Origin: Paramecium tetraurelia
Lineage: Eukaryota
Direction of reading: 5' to 3'
Length of the DNA stretch: 64,000 bases
NCBI GenBank assembly: GCA_000165425.1
Contig: CT868219.1
Span: forward strand, 128,728 to 192,727
The notes under the pieces were generated by a model. It was not told where the DNA came from. It worked only from the letters and a program-made list of their open reading frames with translations, and ran no database searches. Position numbers and translations under genes: made by a program. Below are positions 1-13,807 of the stretch, one piece after another (position 1 is the stretch's first letter; each line of letters opens with the position of its first letter).

Positions 1-1122
1 TGCATCTATGGCTATGTATTAGTTTTTAATTTAAACACAATCTGCAGGATTAACACAAATTATAGAGTTGACAGATAAAGAAGGTAATAGAACTGGACAT
101 CTAGTTGGATTATTTAATAGAACATTGCAGTTTCTTGAGAATGGAATTAAACCTGTTTGGGTATTTGATGGAAAACCACCTTTATTAAAAAGTGGTGAAT
201 TGGCAAGAAGAAAAAAATTAAAAGAGGAGGCTAAAGTTAAAACTGAATTGGCTCTCGAATAGGGTGACATGCAATAGGCTTTACTTCAAAATCAAAGAAC
301 AACAACTATATCTAGTATTATGAAAGAAGATGCAATCAAAATGCTATAATTAATGGGATGTCCTGTTATTATAGCCCCATGTGAAGCAGAAGCTTAATGT
401 GCGGAATTATGTAGAGCAGGAAAAATATACGCTACAGCAACTGAGGATATGGATGCTTTGACATTCAGAACTCCAGTTTTATTGAGAGGGTTTAATACAA
501 AAAAGGAACCTATTTATGAAATCATTTATGATGATATGATCAAAGAATTAGAATTAACATATGAATAATTTGTAGATCTATGCATTTTAGTAAAACTTAA
601 TTTTATTCATTTTTAGTGTGGATGCGATTATACTGAAAAAATCGAAGGTATTGGACCTGGAACAGCATATAAACTCATTAAAGAATATAAAAGCATTGAG
701 GGAATTTTAGAGCACGTTCAGAAAGTAAATGCAGAAAGAGAAAAAAATAATTAAAATCCTAAATACACAGTGCCTTCAAAATTTTTGTATTAAGACAGTC
801 GAGAGTTGTTCATTACTCCATTAGTATAAAAGGGAGATGAACTTTAAGTAAAATTACAATATAACTCAAGTTAACTTGGAACAAGCCTGATGTAGATAAT
901 CTTAAGAAGTTTCTTATTGAAGAAAAAGGATTTGCAGAGTCTAGAATAGATAATGGATTAAAAAGAATAGCTAAAAAAGATCCCGCAGGTTTTTAAAGTA
1001 GACTGGAAAATTTCTTTGGTAAAACAACAAAAATAATTCATCCAAATAATAGCAAAGCAAAAGCTAAATCGAATAAAAAGACTGAGCAGCCTTAAAAATC
1101 TGGTGGAAAGAAAAAAATTTGA
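1..1122 (+). CDS. FEN1: Flap endonuclease 1 (5'-truncated by window)
   Basis: [63 protein letters not shown]-terminal PIP box QSRLENFF. Introns 590-616 and 848-870; TGA 1120-1122. Confidence 0.97.
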
Positions 1123-1387
1123 TATATTTTAATATCTTTATTATAGTTATATTTATAATATTAGAAGAATCTATTTAAAATTATAATCATTTAAATTTAA
1201 GTAAAATTAATTGTCTGAAAGGATGCATGAAATTTGCTATTAAAAATAGAATTATGAAAATCTAAAATCGATAATTTAGTTTTAATAAAGTACCAACGTA
1301 TCATTTGGAACTTTGGAGTTTTTTTGATTACCATTCTTAAACTCTAACATCAAAATAATTTTTTTAAGTTTAAATTTAATCATAAAA

Positions 1388-3440
1388 ATGATTGAAGCTA
1401 AATAGCAAATACAAAAGTCTGTTTATAAATATTCTTACCTTCTAAATGATATCTTAGGGGAGGGCTATTCTTCTAAGGTGTATAAGGGGATTCATAATGA
1501 TACAGGATAGGTTGTAGCGATAAAAGTTATAAACCTTTAAACTTTAGTTACTCCAATCTCATAGAGTTTGCTAAAAAATGAGATAAGCATAATCAAGTAA
1601 TTAAACCATGAGAATCTAATGAAAGTGTATGAGGCCTTTCAGACAAGAAACAACACCTATATCATATGCGAATTCTGTTGTGATGGGGATTTAGCCAATA
1701 TTTTAAGATCAACTAACTTAACAATAAAAGAGATTATTGATATATTTACTCAAATATCGAGAGGAGTGAAGGCCCTTCATGATCAAAGTAACTGCATTCC
1801 TATATAATTTAGAAATAATACATAGAGATATAAAGCCTGCAAACATTTTAAGATTGAATGGCATATATAAATTGTCAGATTTTGGATTTGCGATTGTAGA
1901 AAATGATTTCGAGAGCATAATTAAGAAGTTTCATGTAGGAACTCCAGTATATATGGCACCAGAAACTGTTCAGTTAAATCAGTATTCTGAAAAATCTGAC
2001 ATATGGTCGTTAGGAGTAGTTCTTTACTTGATGATATTTAAAGAATTGCCATTTAATTAAAAAAAAGAAGAAGATATAAGGAATAGACAGTAGGAGGTGT
2101 ATGCAAAAATTAGAAATGAAAGAAACCTGCCTAAAAATATCTAATATATTCTGATTGGAATGTTGGAGATAGATCCTCAAAAAAGACTTTCCATAGAATA
2201 GATACTAACTCAATTATAAAGTTAAAAGAAATTGCAATGCACCTCACATCAGAATATAGTATGTAAGATTTTGAGGAGATCGAGTGCTCATGAGGATTAT
2301 CACAGCCCTAATTAATTCTCAAAACCTCTGAAAACATTACCAAATGAAGAGATTGAATAATAGATAGAACCTAACTCATGTAGACATTATCAAATATAGC
2401 ATAAAATAAATTTGTATGATCAAGAATTTAAAGAGTTGGCTAAAGGATTTTGTTCATAATAATAAACAGACAATAAAATAAAAGAAAATACAAAATCTTC
2501 AAAACGAAAAGTTTAAATTCAAATTCCAATTGTCTAATCAAATTACATACAAAAATTAGAAAAGCCTAAGATTTCTGAAAATAGTGATTTATAATAAAAC
2601 GCAAAATCTAGTAGTACAAATGAAACAGTCAAAAACTCTTACTCTTCCAATCGTTAAGTTTAGAATGAATATACCATTGCTAATACTCTATTTGGCAATA
2701 TTGAAAATGCATTAATTGATACTAAAGATAACAAACTATCGCCGATTTGTTATACTTCTAAGAAAAAAAAATTGATAGATTCTCCTAAAAGATAACTTAA
2801 GACTGTTTCATCTTACTAAAATTTATTAGATTAAAATACCTATAGCAATACTAATAGGCCTTTTAATTAGAATAATACCATCTCATAATAGAAAGTAAGA
2901 ACTTCGACTTCAGTGAGTAAGTTCCAAGATTCTGAAAAGAAGATGAAGATTAAAGACAAACCAACATTAAATCAAAATAGCGAATCTTTATCGGCTACAA
3001 TATTACCCACTTACAAGTTTTTGGTGTTCTTAAATTAGGTTCTCAAAAATTTTGATTAGATTAATACTGAGGAGAAATAAAAGTGTTTTTTTTTATTGAG
3101 GAAATTGTTGGCTTTGAAGGCCAATGCCATTAAAAAGTTTTGTCCTCTCAATTTTCAAGAGACTCTCTTTCAATGGATTGAAAGCTTCGAACAATATTAT
3201 CTAAAGGTGGTTCCTGTTTTTTATACCAATCAGGATAGAAAATTTAATCAATACTTCAATAATGATTTAGAATAGTTCACAAAGGGATTTTCGAAATAAC
3301 TCTATTAGAACTTAGAACAAGTGAATAAACAATTGAATTCAAAGGATCTATTGATAATTCAAGATGTGATCAATGATAATCTTAAATAATTTAATGATCC
3401 CATCTTGTTTGCAAGGAGATGGGAAAATGGTTAATTGTGA
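1388..3440 (+). CDS. Ser/Thr protein kinase (ULK/CAMK-like N-terminal domain, long S/Q/N-rich tail)
   Basis: LGEGYSSKVY, VAIK, HRDIKPAN, DFG, GTPVYMAPE, SDIWSLG. Intron 1788-1812; TGA 3438-3440. Confidence 0.92.
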
Positions 3441-3515
3441 AAGTTATATCTATTTCTATATGAATAATTATTAATTTTTTGTTTTAATAAATAAATTAGT
3501 TTAAATTTATATTGA

Positions 3516-3885
3516 ATGACTGACAACCAATTTGATAATTAAAATGAATTCGACGAAATGGTTAACTTCAACTTTGTGATTCGTAAGAATGATAATTAAT
3601 AATAGATATTCATTTGAAAAAGAGAAGTGCTAGAAAAACCTAAACAATTATTGTTGGCATCCCAGATGAATTCGATTTAAATAAAATTATTAGATTTTGG
3701 AAAAAAGTAAATGAAATAACTAGTTATAGTAATTTAATTGTACAGGTGGTATTATTTCAAAGGATGAAGATTATGGAGATTAAGTAACAATTAGATTGAC
3801 CGGAGATAATAGATAACAAATTGCCAAGTTTTTAGTGGAAGAAGGAATAGCGTTATAAGATAACATTAAAGTTCATGGTATTTGA
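3516..3885 (+). CDS. SUI1: Translation initiation factor eIF1/SUI1
   Basis: IHIHLKKRSARKTQTIIVGIPDEFDLNKIIRFWKKQFNCTG..IRLTGDNRQQIAKFL..IKVHGI*. Introns 3583-3605 and 3707-3729. Confidence 0.93.
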
Positions 3886-4173
3886 TCTATCAAATAAGAT
3901 GTTTTAAATCTATTTATTTATTTATTGCTAATCCTATCAATAATCATCATAAGGATATCTAAGAGAATTTTTATAAACAGATTAACAACTAGGCATTCTC
4001 TTTACTATTTCTATCCAGAATAGTTGAAACTTGCAGTTAAAATATGAGATATCTATAATTGAAGATGAACCAGATTAATTATTTAAATACGAGTAAGAAT
4101 TGATCATAAATTTAGAAGGGATTGCATTAGAATTTGCGAACATACATTATTTCATTTATTATTTTATATCATT

Positions 4174-5168
4174 ATGAATTTATATAATGTCGACGATGAA
4201 AAGTTAACTAACCTTAATATAACATCTCATGTAATAATGAATATTGAGTATTTCTGGACTGATGAAAGAGTCAGAAGACTTTGCTAAGCCATCTAAAACT
4301 TGGATGATATTTAAATCAATTTAGACTTGTTTTAGTAAAATATATAATAATGTCAAGGCCAAGATCTTGCACTTTAATTACTGATTAATGTTTCTAATAT
4401 TTCGGCAATTTAGCACCTACAAACTTATTGGAACTCTCCTTAAGTAATTGGGGAAATCAAAATTATAACATCTCTGACGTTGCTTTCATTCATTTGGGAA
4501 AGGCCTTTACAAATCTAAAGATCCTCAGGTTAAATCTTCAATAGTGGGGACACAAGGGTTGCAAGATATCAAACATTGGGGTAGTCTAATTATTTAAGAG
4601 CCTTCCACAATAAATTTAGGAATTGGAGCTAAATCTTAACAAGTATGATTGACAAGATTTCAAGATTAGGATATAGAAATCAAAACATTACAGGACATTC
4701 ATTTGTGGCTATGGGTGATTTCATAGAAAAGTTGGAGAATTTAAAAAATTTAACTTTGAATTTGGCAGAGTACTTCTAATTTTTAATTATAATATTAGTT
4801 GGGGAAATGATTATAATAAATCATTAGAATTATTTTATAATGAAGATCTCTAGTACTTGATTGAAAAGATATTCACTTTGGAATTAGAAAAACTTCACTT
4901 GGACTTAACCGGTCTTGGAATGAATGGTAGTAAAATTACTGAGGAAAGTGCATTCTTCCTCCTACAACATTTATAATTAGCAGAGATATATGACTTAAAT
5001 ATAGTATTACAAGGTTGGATATGCGATGTGGGTGTGAAAAATTAGATTTTGAAGATGGCAAAGGAGAAATAATAGTTGAAAAAATAAATGTACTAATTAC
5101 TAGCATTCAAATCTTTGGAGGTTTCAACTTAGGATAGAATGCTTGAGGATATATTTGCAAAATTATGA
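4174..5168 (+). CDS. Leucine-rich-repeat-like protein (LxLNLxxW repeats)
   Basis: Repeated LKILRLNLQQWG, LELNLNK, LKNLTLNLAE, LEKLHLDLTG motifs; several short introns; TGA 5166-5168. Confidence 0.7.
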
Positions 5169-5455
5169 ATTGATTATTAATTAGATATAGCCTTGATTTA
5201 TGATTAATTTAATTTAACAAATTATCAATAAAAGATAATGAATAATAGTTATATATATTTAGATTAATTTTATTTCTATTAATTTTTATATCAAAATAAA
5301 TTAATATAATCAGAAGTGTATTTTCAATGACACTTTAATGTAATAATATGAGTAGATATATTAAATTAACATACTATTTATTAGTATATAAAAATAAGAA
5401 AAATATGAATAAATTCATATATATATAGTCAATGTAATATTTGAAAATTTGGAGT

Positions 5456-6159
5456 TCATTATTGTTAAGCATATAATTTATCAATTTCATCCCATTATTC
5501 CTTAAGATCACGTTGAACCTTGATTCTTTTATAATAAATTTCGCAATCTCGATTACTACATAAGATATCTCCTAATAAAGATCCTTGGCAACTCTAACAG
5601 GTTGTCCAATATTTGTGATAATTGATTTACAGTTCTTAAAGTTTCTAGAAATTAATAATAAAATTACAATTGAAGATTTAGTCATCATTTCTAATGTCTT
5701 ATCCAAACAAAAATTGCATAAAGCTTCATTATCTTTGATAACTTTCTTGCAGTTCAAACAGGCTGTTTTTTTCTATACAAATTTTCCCAAGGCAGAATTG
5801 ATATTTACTTTTGGTATATATCTTGACATGGTGTGATCACCTACAAAGATGCTCTCTGGATTTGGTATAACAAATTCAAATAATCTCATGATAGGTTTTT
5901 TGATTTGATTATTGACATAGTAATCAAAATCAATAGGGAAATCTTTTTCCAAGACTTCTACTGGATCTTCTGCATTTTCATAAGTTTTAGTTCCTTTAGC
6001 TCCTTAAATGATGATGTAAGCAATTCTATCACCGGCAGATGGAGCATTGGATGCATCTCTATTCTGCATTTTTTCAGCAACAACAACATGTGCTTATTTT
6101 TGTTTATAATTTTTAGTTAATTTATTTCCATCATCTTCATTTTGATTTTTCTTTTTTTC

Positions 6160-6194
<35 letters not shown>

Positions 6195-8729
6195 CCTTAT
6201 CCTCCTTTTTGCTATTAAGGGATTTAGTGATAACCAATTCAGAGATGTCAACTTTATTTAAATACAAATTTCTGATCTATTCTTTTGTGTATTGAACAGC
6301 TGATTTTTCATCTTGTTTAATGAGAAGGAAGTTCAGGATCTCTGTAACCATTTTTCGAATAAGAAAACAATTATCTCTCCTAACACTCTCTATACCTTTA
6401 GTATCAATTTTATCTGGTTTATCAGGCTTGGTCCATAATTATCCAGCATATCTCTTTCTATTCATCAATAAATATGGGTAATAGACCTTTTCAAATTCAA
6501 GTTTGATAGGTTAAATGAACTTTTTTGAGATCAAAGCTGCTGCCTCTCTTCCCAAAGCCATAGCTTTTTCAACTGAATAATCACCAAATTTGACCATAAC
6601 TGAATCAGTATCTCCATAAATAACTTCTGCATCGAATTCAGCTCCATTTTTCTTACTATAATGTTCAAGAACTGTATCTCTTGTAAATTGAATCATTTGT
6701 CTACCAAAACTGGTAATTGATGCTGATATTTCCAAACAGGGCAGTTGACCAACTTAAGCTCCAGTGAATCCATAAACTGAATTAGCTGATATTTTCAAGG
6801 CAAGTTGTCTACCATCTAATACTGCCTTCTTAAAAGGATCAGTCTCTTATGCTAATTGATTCTTTGCTTTCTTTCTCGCATTAATAAGATCCTCAAGAAT
6901 CAATGGAAGCATTCCTTTTCTAACATTTGGCTTAACAAATATAGCATTAGTTTCTGGAGATACTGTAACTTGCTCATCAGCTAAGCCTACCTTAAAAGGA
7001 GACGTATTTAACAAGGTACTGTAACACATGTTATGAGCCATCATGATACTTGGATACAAAGAGGCAAAGTCAAGAGTGGCAATTGGAACCTTGTAAAAGT
7101 TCTTCACTGGATCCAATACGAATGCTCCTTAATACTCCTAGTCTGTAGATTTGAAATGTTCAGTTGGGATTATGAAATCATAATGTTTGGCTTTTCTCAA
7201 TAACTAAGATGCCACCTTTATCTGTTAACCTCTCATAAATAGATAATTGACTGGTACACCTGTGACTCTTGCCATTTCCGCATAGTTATAAAGACAACAT
7301 AATTTATCCATCAATAATATTGGCAATTCAGCGTCTTTTAGACAATATACTGCTATTCTTTTTCTTGTCTCTGGGTTTTCTAAAGGATTATAAAATGAAA
7401 TTAATTACTATTTTGAAGAGTATAAATAATTGAATAATGCACATCTTCTTTTTATTGTTTTAAGAATTAAAAACTAACATTATTCAATGAAAATGAAGAC
7501 AGTTTGTGTTCTTTCATCATGTGAATCATCATATCCAATTGGATTCTCCCTTCAATGTTAATGTCTTTGGTTTCTCTCATTCCCATAGCCTTACTCAAGA
7601 ATTTGCCATTCTTAATTGTTGATTAGTCTGTTGGAATTCTACCAAATTTACCGTAATTCTTCAACTTCAAATTTTGGGCCCTATTCAATATGTAAGGTAT
7701 ATCAAAATTCTAAATATTATAACCAATTATAATATCAGGGTCTAACCCTTAAAAGAACACTTAAAATTCATTTAGTAAATCTTCTTCTTTCTAAAAGGAC
7801 TTAACCCAGGCTCCTGGAATCTTCTCGCAATCACCCAGTGTAAATACAACTCTGATTAATTCCTCATTTCGATTATGCACTTTGACAATACAGGCAATCT
7901 AGATTATGGGATCATGTTCCTCATTTGGAAATCCCTTCTCAGCTGCACACTCAATATCAAATGATAAAATTCGCAAGGGAGCAATCTCTGATTTTTCATC
8001 CAAAGGAATGGCTTTTACAAATTAGCAATCTATATTCACTTCTATCTAGCAAGATGATATTTTGTTTTTATTCTCTCTTATTATGTAATCCTTCAACTCT
8101 ATCCAACCCATACCTACGATATCATATTCAATCATAAATCTTAATGCATATGGTATGTTTGATTCAAATGTCAATTGTGGTAACTCCATATCACACACCA
8201 TTCTATTATCACTTTTTAAGAAGTTTCTTATTTATGCAACAAAAGTTGGTTGGACCACGTATATTTTTAAATAATTTTATTTTTTATTATCTCCTTTGTA
8301 GTATCTTATTGACTCTTTCTGACACACTTCTATCTTTACTATTGGTTCTTTGCCACCAAAATTTTTTTGCTTTGCTAATAAAACATTCAATTCTTTTTAA
8401 AATTATTGGATGTGTTAAGGCTCTAACAACAATTCGACTGGTGCTTGCATATAAAAAAAAGATAAAAAATTAAAAACATGACATAGGATGGAATTACCTT
8501 CAGCTGTAACACCGAACATTCTTATAATGCTCTATCCTCCTAAAGTATAATAATCACATTCTAGTTGCATAAACTGAATGGGTTATTAAGAATTGACTTT
8601 TGGCTCGGGTCGAGAAAACAATTACCAGCCACTTTCTTTAAATCTTGCTTCCATTTTTTATTGCTCCTCATAAATCCTTTAGATATTTTATTGATCCAAA
8701 AAGGCTCCTGCATCTTCATCCTGTTCCAT
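5456..8729 (-). CDS. POLD1: DNA polymerase delta catalytic subunit
   Basis: ILSFDIEC exonuclease, [26 protein letters not shown], CysA (CLNC..CNFC) and CysB (CQSC..CSNRDC). Introns 7380-7408 and 5645-5667. Confidence 0.98.
6163..6192. repeat. (ATT)10 microsatellite encoding poly-Asn inside POLD1
   Basis: Perfect trinucleotide run, read as AAT x10 on the minus strand and in frame. Confidence 0.9.
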
Positions 8730-8779
8730 TCGAACTAAGAAAATAGCACTTTTTAAAATAATTTTTATATTTAAGATAA

Positions 8780-8787
8780 CCGCGAAA
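8780..8787 (-). promoter_or_regulatory. Candidate E2F/DP-binding element TTTCGCGG about 50 bp upstream of the POLD1 ATG
   Basis: Matches TTTSSCGS; CpG-containing words are rare in this AT-rich intergenic DNA. Confidence 0.5.
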
Positions 8788-9031
8788 TTTCGTCCACCAA
8801 TATATATTAGTTAAGAATTTGGGTACATTTTTAACATCAATTTTTTTAGGAAACAAAAACACTATATTACCCTTAAAAATAAGTTAAATTAAAAAAAAGG
8901 AAATATGGCTAGATATTTATAGATATCGCCATTATTATGCACCTTAATACTTACTAATTACTTAGTTAAAGATACTGGAAATATAAAATTTAAACATTTA
9001 TATATTAAAATGAGTGATCACATCTTTATAT

Positions 9032-11155
9032 TCAATCTTTATCAAGATTCTCATTGTCTTACGCCTCAATGACATTTGGATTATCTTGCTCTTCTTATTC
9101 TTATTCAATTTCTTAATTTTCCTATTACCTAGACTTAATTTGATCCTCTAAATTAATAATAGTCATAATTTTATTATCCTCCTAATTTCTAAGATTGCTA
9201 TCATCATTTTAAAATGAAGTTTTCATTATATTTTTTGGACTCTCTAAATTCTTCTCTTAATCTACTTCAACTTCTTATTAAATATTCTCTTCCTGATTTT
9301 ATTACTTAGATTCCAATTCTCTTTCTATTGTATCAACCTTCTATTATTCGCTTATTATTTAGTTTTGATTTTTCTCATCAGAAATTACAATATTTTAAAT
9401 TTCCACTTCTTTAATCTCTTAATCTTGAATTTATTCATTATCTTTATTAACTTCCTATACTTCAACATTAGGATTAGGTTCTTTCTTTTCTTATTCAATT
9501 TCTATTTCTTGACTTTAAATTTGAGCCTATTGATTTTATTCAATAACAATTGATTTCTCATTATGCTCAACTTAATCTTAAACCAATTATTGATTTTGTT
9601 CTTTTTCCTCTGCATCTTGTTAATTCTCATCTTAAATTGTCTATTAATTATTATGTTTCTAGGAATCATTATTTTAATTATGTTATTATTCTACATTGTT
9701 AATATTTATAAGATTATTTTCTCCCTTCTCTTGCTTTTCAATTATTTCTTCTGATTATTATACTTATACTTTCTCAATTTCCTTATCTTATGGAACAACT
9801 TGATTAATTTGTTCTCCTCTTTCACTTGAATATTAATCACCTCTTTATTCAACCAATAACTAAGTAGGCAATTAAGGAGAACTCTATTTTGATTTATTAC
9901 TTTAAGCAATAATTTACTATTCTATTTGTTCTTCTTAATTTTAAACAATCATTTACTACTATTATATTTGTTCTTCTTGAATATGGTTAGTAATTAACTT
10001 TTCTCTCTTCTAAATTTCCTAAATCTCCTAAACTTGATTTTAATTTTCTGAGTTTTCCTTTTGTTCTCTATTAGTTTCCTATTTCTAATTGTCCTCTTAT
10101 TCAATTCTTTGATCTGCTCCATTTACAACTTAATTGTGTTATTATTAATTGTTTGTATTTTCTTTATTCTCTTAAACATGATTATGTTGGGCTTATTGAT
10201 CGTGCACTGCCATATCTACTTCCTATTCTTATTCTTCTTCCTCATCTGAATCTTATTTATTGATCATGCTCATTCTTTCTTTATTTCTTTCTTCAATTTG
10301 CTCTTTCTGCACTTTTACTTTCTTCTATATGTCCAATTCAAATTCCTCCATTTCGCGCTCTGATTCTTTTACATCAAATCTTTTTCGTTTTGTCAGTTGA
10401 TCTTAACATGCTAATATTTATGCCTTAGCCTTTTACAGTTCTGTATTGGTTAATAGATTTACAGATATGATATTCTCGCATTATGAAACAAGTGTTTTTC
10501 TCAATACATCTTGTTCAACATTATTATTTTCTCTTTCTTTTGCATCTTAAGTGTTCTGAGTGCTTTGGTCTCTTAATTATTATAAAACAATCAGATAACC
10601 GTATTTGATATTTCTCCCTTCATTTGCCCATTTACAAAAATATCTATGTTCTTGAAATACATCAAATTCTTCTTCTACTATTTGACATTTCCTCCCACAA
10701 AATTTGCACAATAAAATTTGGTCCTACTTTATCCAACCAAATATTGCCAAGACTTATTTTGGATTTTATACCAAAAAGTTAAGATTTTGAGGCACCTTAT
10801 CCAAATAAGTCTTTTTCAATTCGATCGGGTCTTTCCAAGATGCAAGACATTCATCATAATATGCCATTCCATACGAATGCAAAAATTCTTATGTGATTTT
10901 AAACTTGATTGCCATAGCTTGACAGTATTGGTCATGTTAATTGATAGCCCTCTCTAAAATGACATCACTAGGTAGTATCTAGTCATCAATCATTATTTTC
11001 TTTTAACAATAAAAGCATTAGAGAGAGTCTTCATGACAAATATATCCTATAGAAGCCATTTTCGAAGGTTTAAGCTTAGAGTCTCTATATGGCCAATTCA
11101 GGAAATTGTAGGAAAATAATCTCTCACAATAATCATCAAAATATTATTGGTACAT
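9032..11155 (-). CDS. NIPA/ZC3HC1/Pml39-like protein (two BIR-like C3HC modules plus long E/Q-rich acidic tail)
   Basis: Intronless 707-aa ORF. ERLFSY..NWP..KPSKMASIGY..LQCFYC..HDQYC and VLAIFGW..LLCKFCGR..FDVFQEHRYFCKW. Confidence 0.75.
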
Positions 11156-11973
11156 TTATAATAAAAATATTAGAATAAAATTAAGCTTTTCTTATATACA
11201 ATTATCATTTTAATTAATTCCCTATCAATTTACTAGAGCTTTAAATGGAGAGTATGTAATTCACCTATCTAAGGCAATAGGTGAAGAATAAAATAATTAA
11301 ATTATTAACTGCTTAACCCAATTTATCTGAATTATTTTATTAAACAATTCTATGGGTATAACTTCTTTTTATTATCCTAAATATATTGATTTATTTTTCC
11401 CAACGATAAATAATTATTAGGAGTACTGTCAATTACATGTGATTAATCAGTGTCTCATTTGATTTCCCTTTATTATTTAAATCTCTTTAATTAATTATGT
11501 TATAGCTTTACGATTGATATTAATAGTAAACCTAAATGATAGTGGATTAAATTGAATTTAATTAATATTAATATAAATATAATGGAAGTCAAATATCGCC
11601 CACCACTTAATGATGTGTATGATAAATAAGCTTAGATTTTAGTAATGAATGCAATTGGTTAGAAAAAAACTTTGTATCATGTTTGAAGGAGAAGAGTGTG
11701 AAAGATGATCTACCAAAGAGAGTATGCAAAGTTGAGAATGTAAGGATAAATGAAATTAAAATATAGATTCTCTGGTTTTTTTTGGAATGCCCTGAGAGAT
11801 CTGGACCTTACGAAGATGCAAATTAATTAAGGAATATTTATATAAAACAAAAATTAGCAGATTTGAATCCAACTGTGCCTGAGCCAAGAAAAAGAAAATG
11901 AGATTGCATTTCACAACAATAATAATAATAATAATAATATAATAAAAATAATTATGAAGCAATCTCTATGAAA

Positions 11974-13807
11974 TCATAAAACTTTAGATTGGAGCAAAGA
12001 TGAGAATTCTTCTAATGAAATTTTGCCATCATTATCATTATCGCATTCCTTTAAAATTTGTATCCAAATCTGGTTAAATTACACTTAAATACCTCATCAT
12101 CAATATCACCCATAACATTTTGTAATTCTGCTTTGGAAATATAATTATCACCATCCAAATCAATAACTTTGAATGCCTATTCCATTTTTTGAACTGACAG
12201 AAACTTTTCTTAATTCATAGCAGCAATCAGAAATTCTAAAAATAGAGAATAGTATTACCAGTGAAATCAACTTCCCCTGAACGATTGATATCAACCAACT
12301 CCATAATGTGATCAACCTAGATGATTGCTAATTCTTAATTATTAGTAACTTGAGTATAACCATCAATTAACTCTTATCTTGATAATTTACCATCTCCATT
12401 TTTGTCAATAGCTTTAAAAGTCTTATTTAATTCATCCTATTCTTGTTGAGTAATGATTTGAGTAGCCATAAAGGTCAGAACTGCCTATTTGAATTTGCTT
12501 TTGGCATGAAATTACTATAGATTTTGCAATGCTCTTTAGTTAATGACATTGGAAGGTGCATTATTTTAAATCCATTTGTCATTGTAGGCTTCTTCAGCAC
12601 TTAGACGTTTAGCCGGGTTGGGATTGAGCATATTCTTGATAAGATTTTGAGCATCCTAACTAATGTGAGCCCAATCTTCATGGTCAAATTTTAATTGAGC
12701 TGCCTTAACTCTCTTGAGAATCTCAGATTCACTTCGACCAGAGAAAGGAGGATATCCACATAATAAAATGTACAGAATTATGCCACAGGACCAGACATCG
12801 CATTTTTCATTGTAATTCTCCAATAGGACTTCAGGTGCAATGTAATAGGGAGTGCCTAATCTCTTAGTCATTCTCTTTCCATTTTCAAATTTTCTAGAAG
12901 TTCCAAAGTCGATTACTTTAAGATCAGCATCAGGGGAATCGGAGACGAAGAGTAGGTTCTCTGGTTTGAGATCTCGGTGTACGATCTTCTGGTTGTGACA
13001 ATACCAAACAGCACTAAGGATTTGTCTCATTAGTTCTGCAGCCTTCTTTTCACTAAAGAAGTTCAAGCTCTTGATTCGATCAAATAGTTCTCCCCCAGAA
13101 CAATACCTATCCTCAATGAATTTAGTACTTACTCGGTTACCAGATAGTAATTCTTGTCATCTTCGAATAATTCATACAATTTTACAATGTGTGGATGGTC
13201 TAAATTCTTCAGTATATTCATTTCCGAGAACAATTTTTCTTTGTCTTCCTTCAATATCGAAGTCTTCTTTAATTATTTCATGGCACGATCCAATTTGGTC
13301 TTTTTGTGAGTCACTTTCCACACTTTTCCAAAGGCACCTTCTCCCAATACCTTACCAGTAATGTAATGATCTGAGATTTGACCTTTCTTCAATTATACAA
13401 AAACATCAACATTTATGTGCAACTTTTGATCCATTTCTAAGATAACTCATGACACATCATACTTTATAGAGATTGCTATTCAAGAATTTTCTTTCGATCA
13501 GTGTCAGAATTCTATCGCTCCAATAATTATTCCAATTCTTTTGATACCTTCATTGAAACTTTCTTTGGCTCCTCATACACTTCCTTTGCATCATCAGATA
13601 GGTTTTGTTTCAATCCTAAACCGAAAGTTTATGCTGGAATATATGCTTAACGTTTGCTAGCAGTTGTTTGCTTAACAACCCTCTTTTAAGATCCTTAGTC
13701 ATTATCTCCAAAAGCTGCTGATTGAACTGAAAGTTCTATAAATCAAATCGATTATTGTTAATACCATCTTGAGTTTGCAAATTTGTCTTACAACAAGTTG
13801 CTCCCAT
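11974..13807 (-). CDS. Calcium-dependent protein kinase (kinase + 4 EF-hands; N-terminal MGATCC acylation motif)
   Basis: [31 protein letters not shown]-hands DKNGDGKLS, DINRSGEVD, DLDGDNYIS, DNDNDGKIS. Confidence 0.96.

Noticed and set aside
9365..10249. Hydrophobic + strand ORFs resembling membrane proteins
   Set aside because: Antisense shadows of the E/Q/K-rich tail of the minus-strand gene.
11917..11950. (AAT)n run downstream of the CDPK stop
   Set aside because: Ordinary AT-rich microsatellite in 3' flanking DNA.
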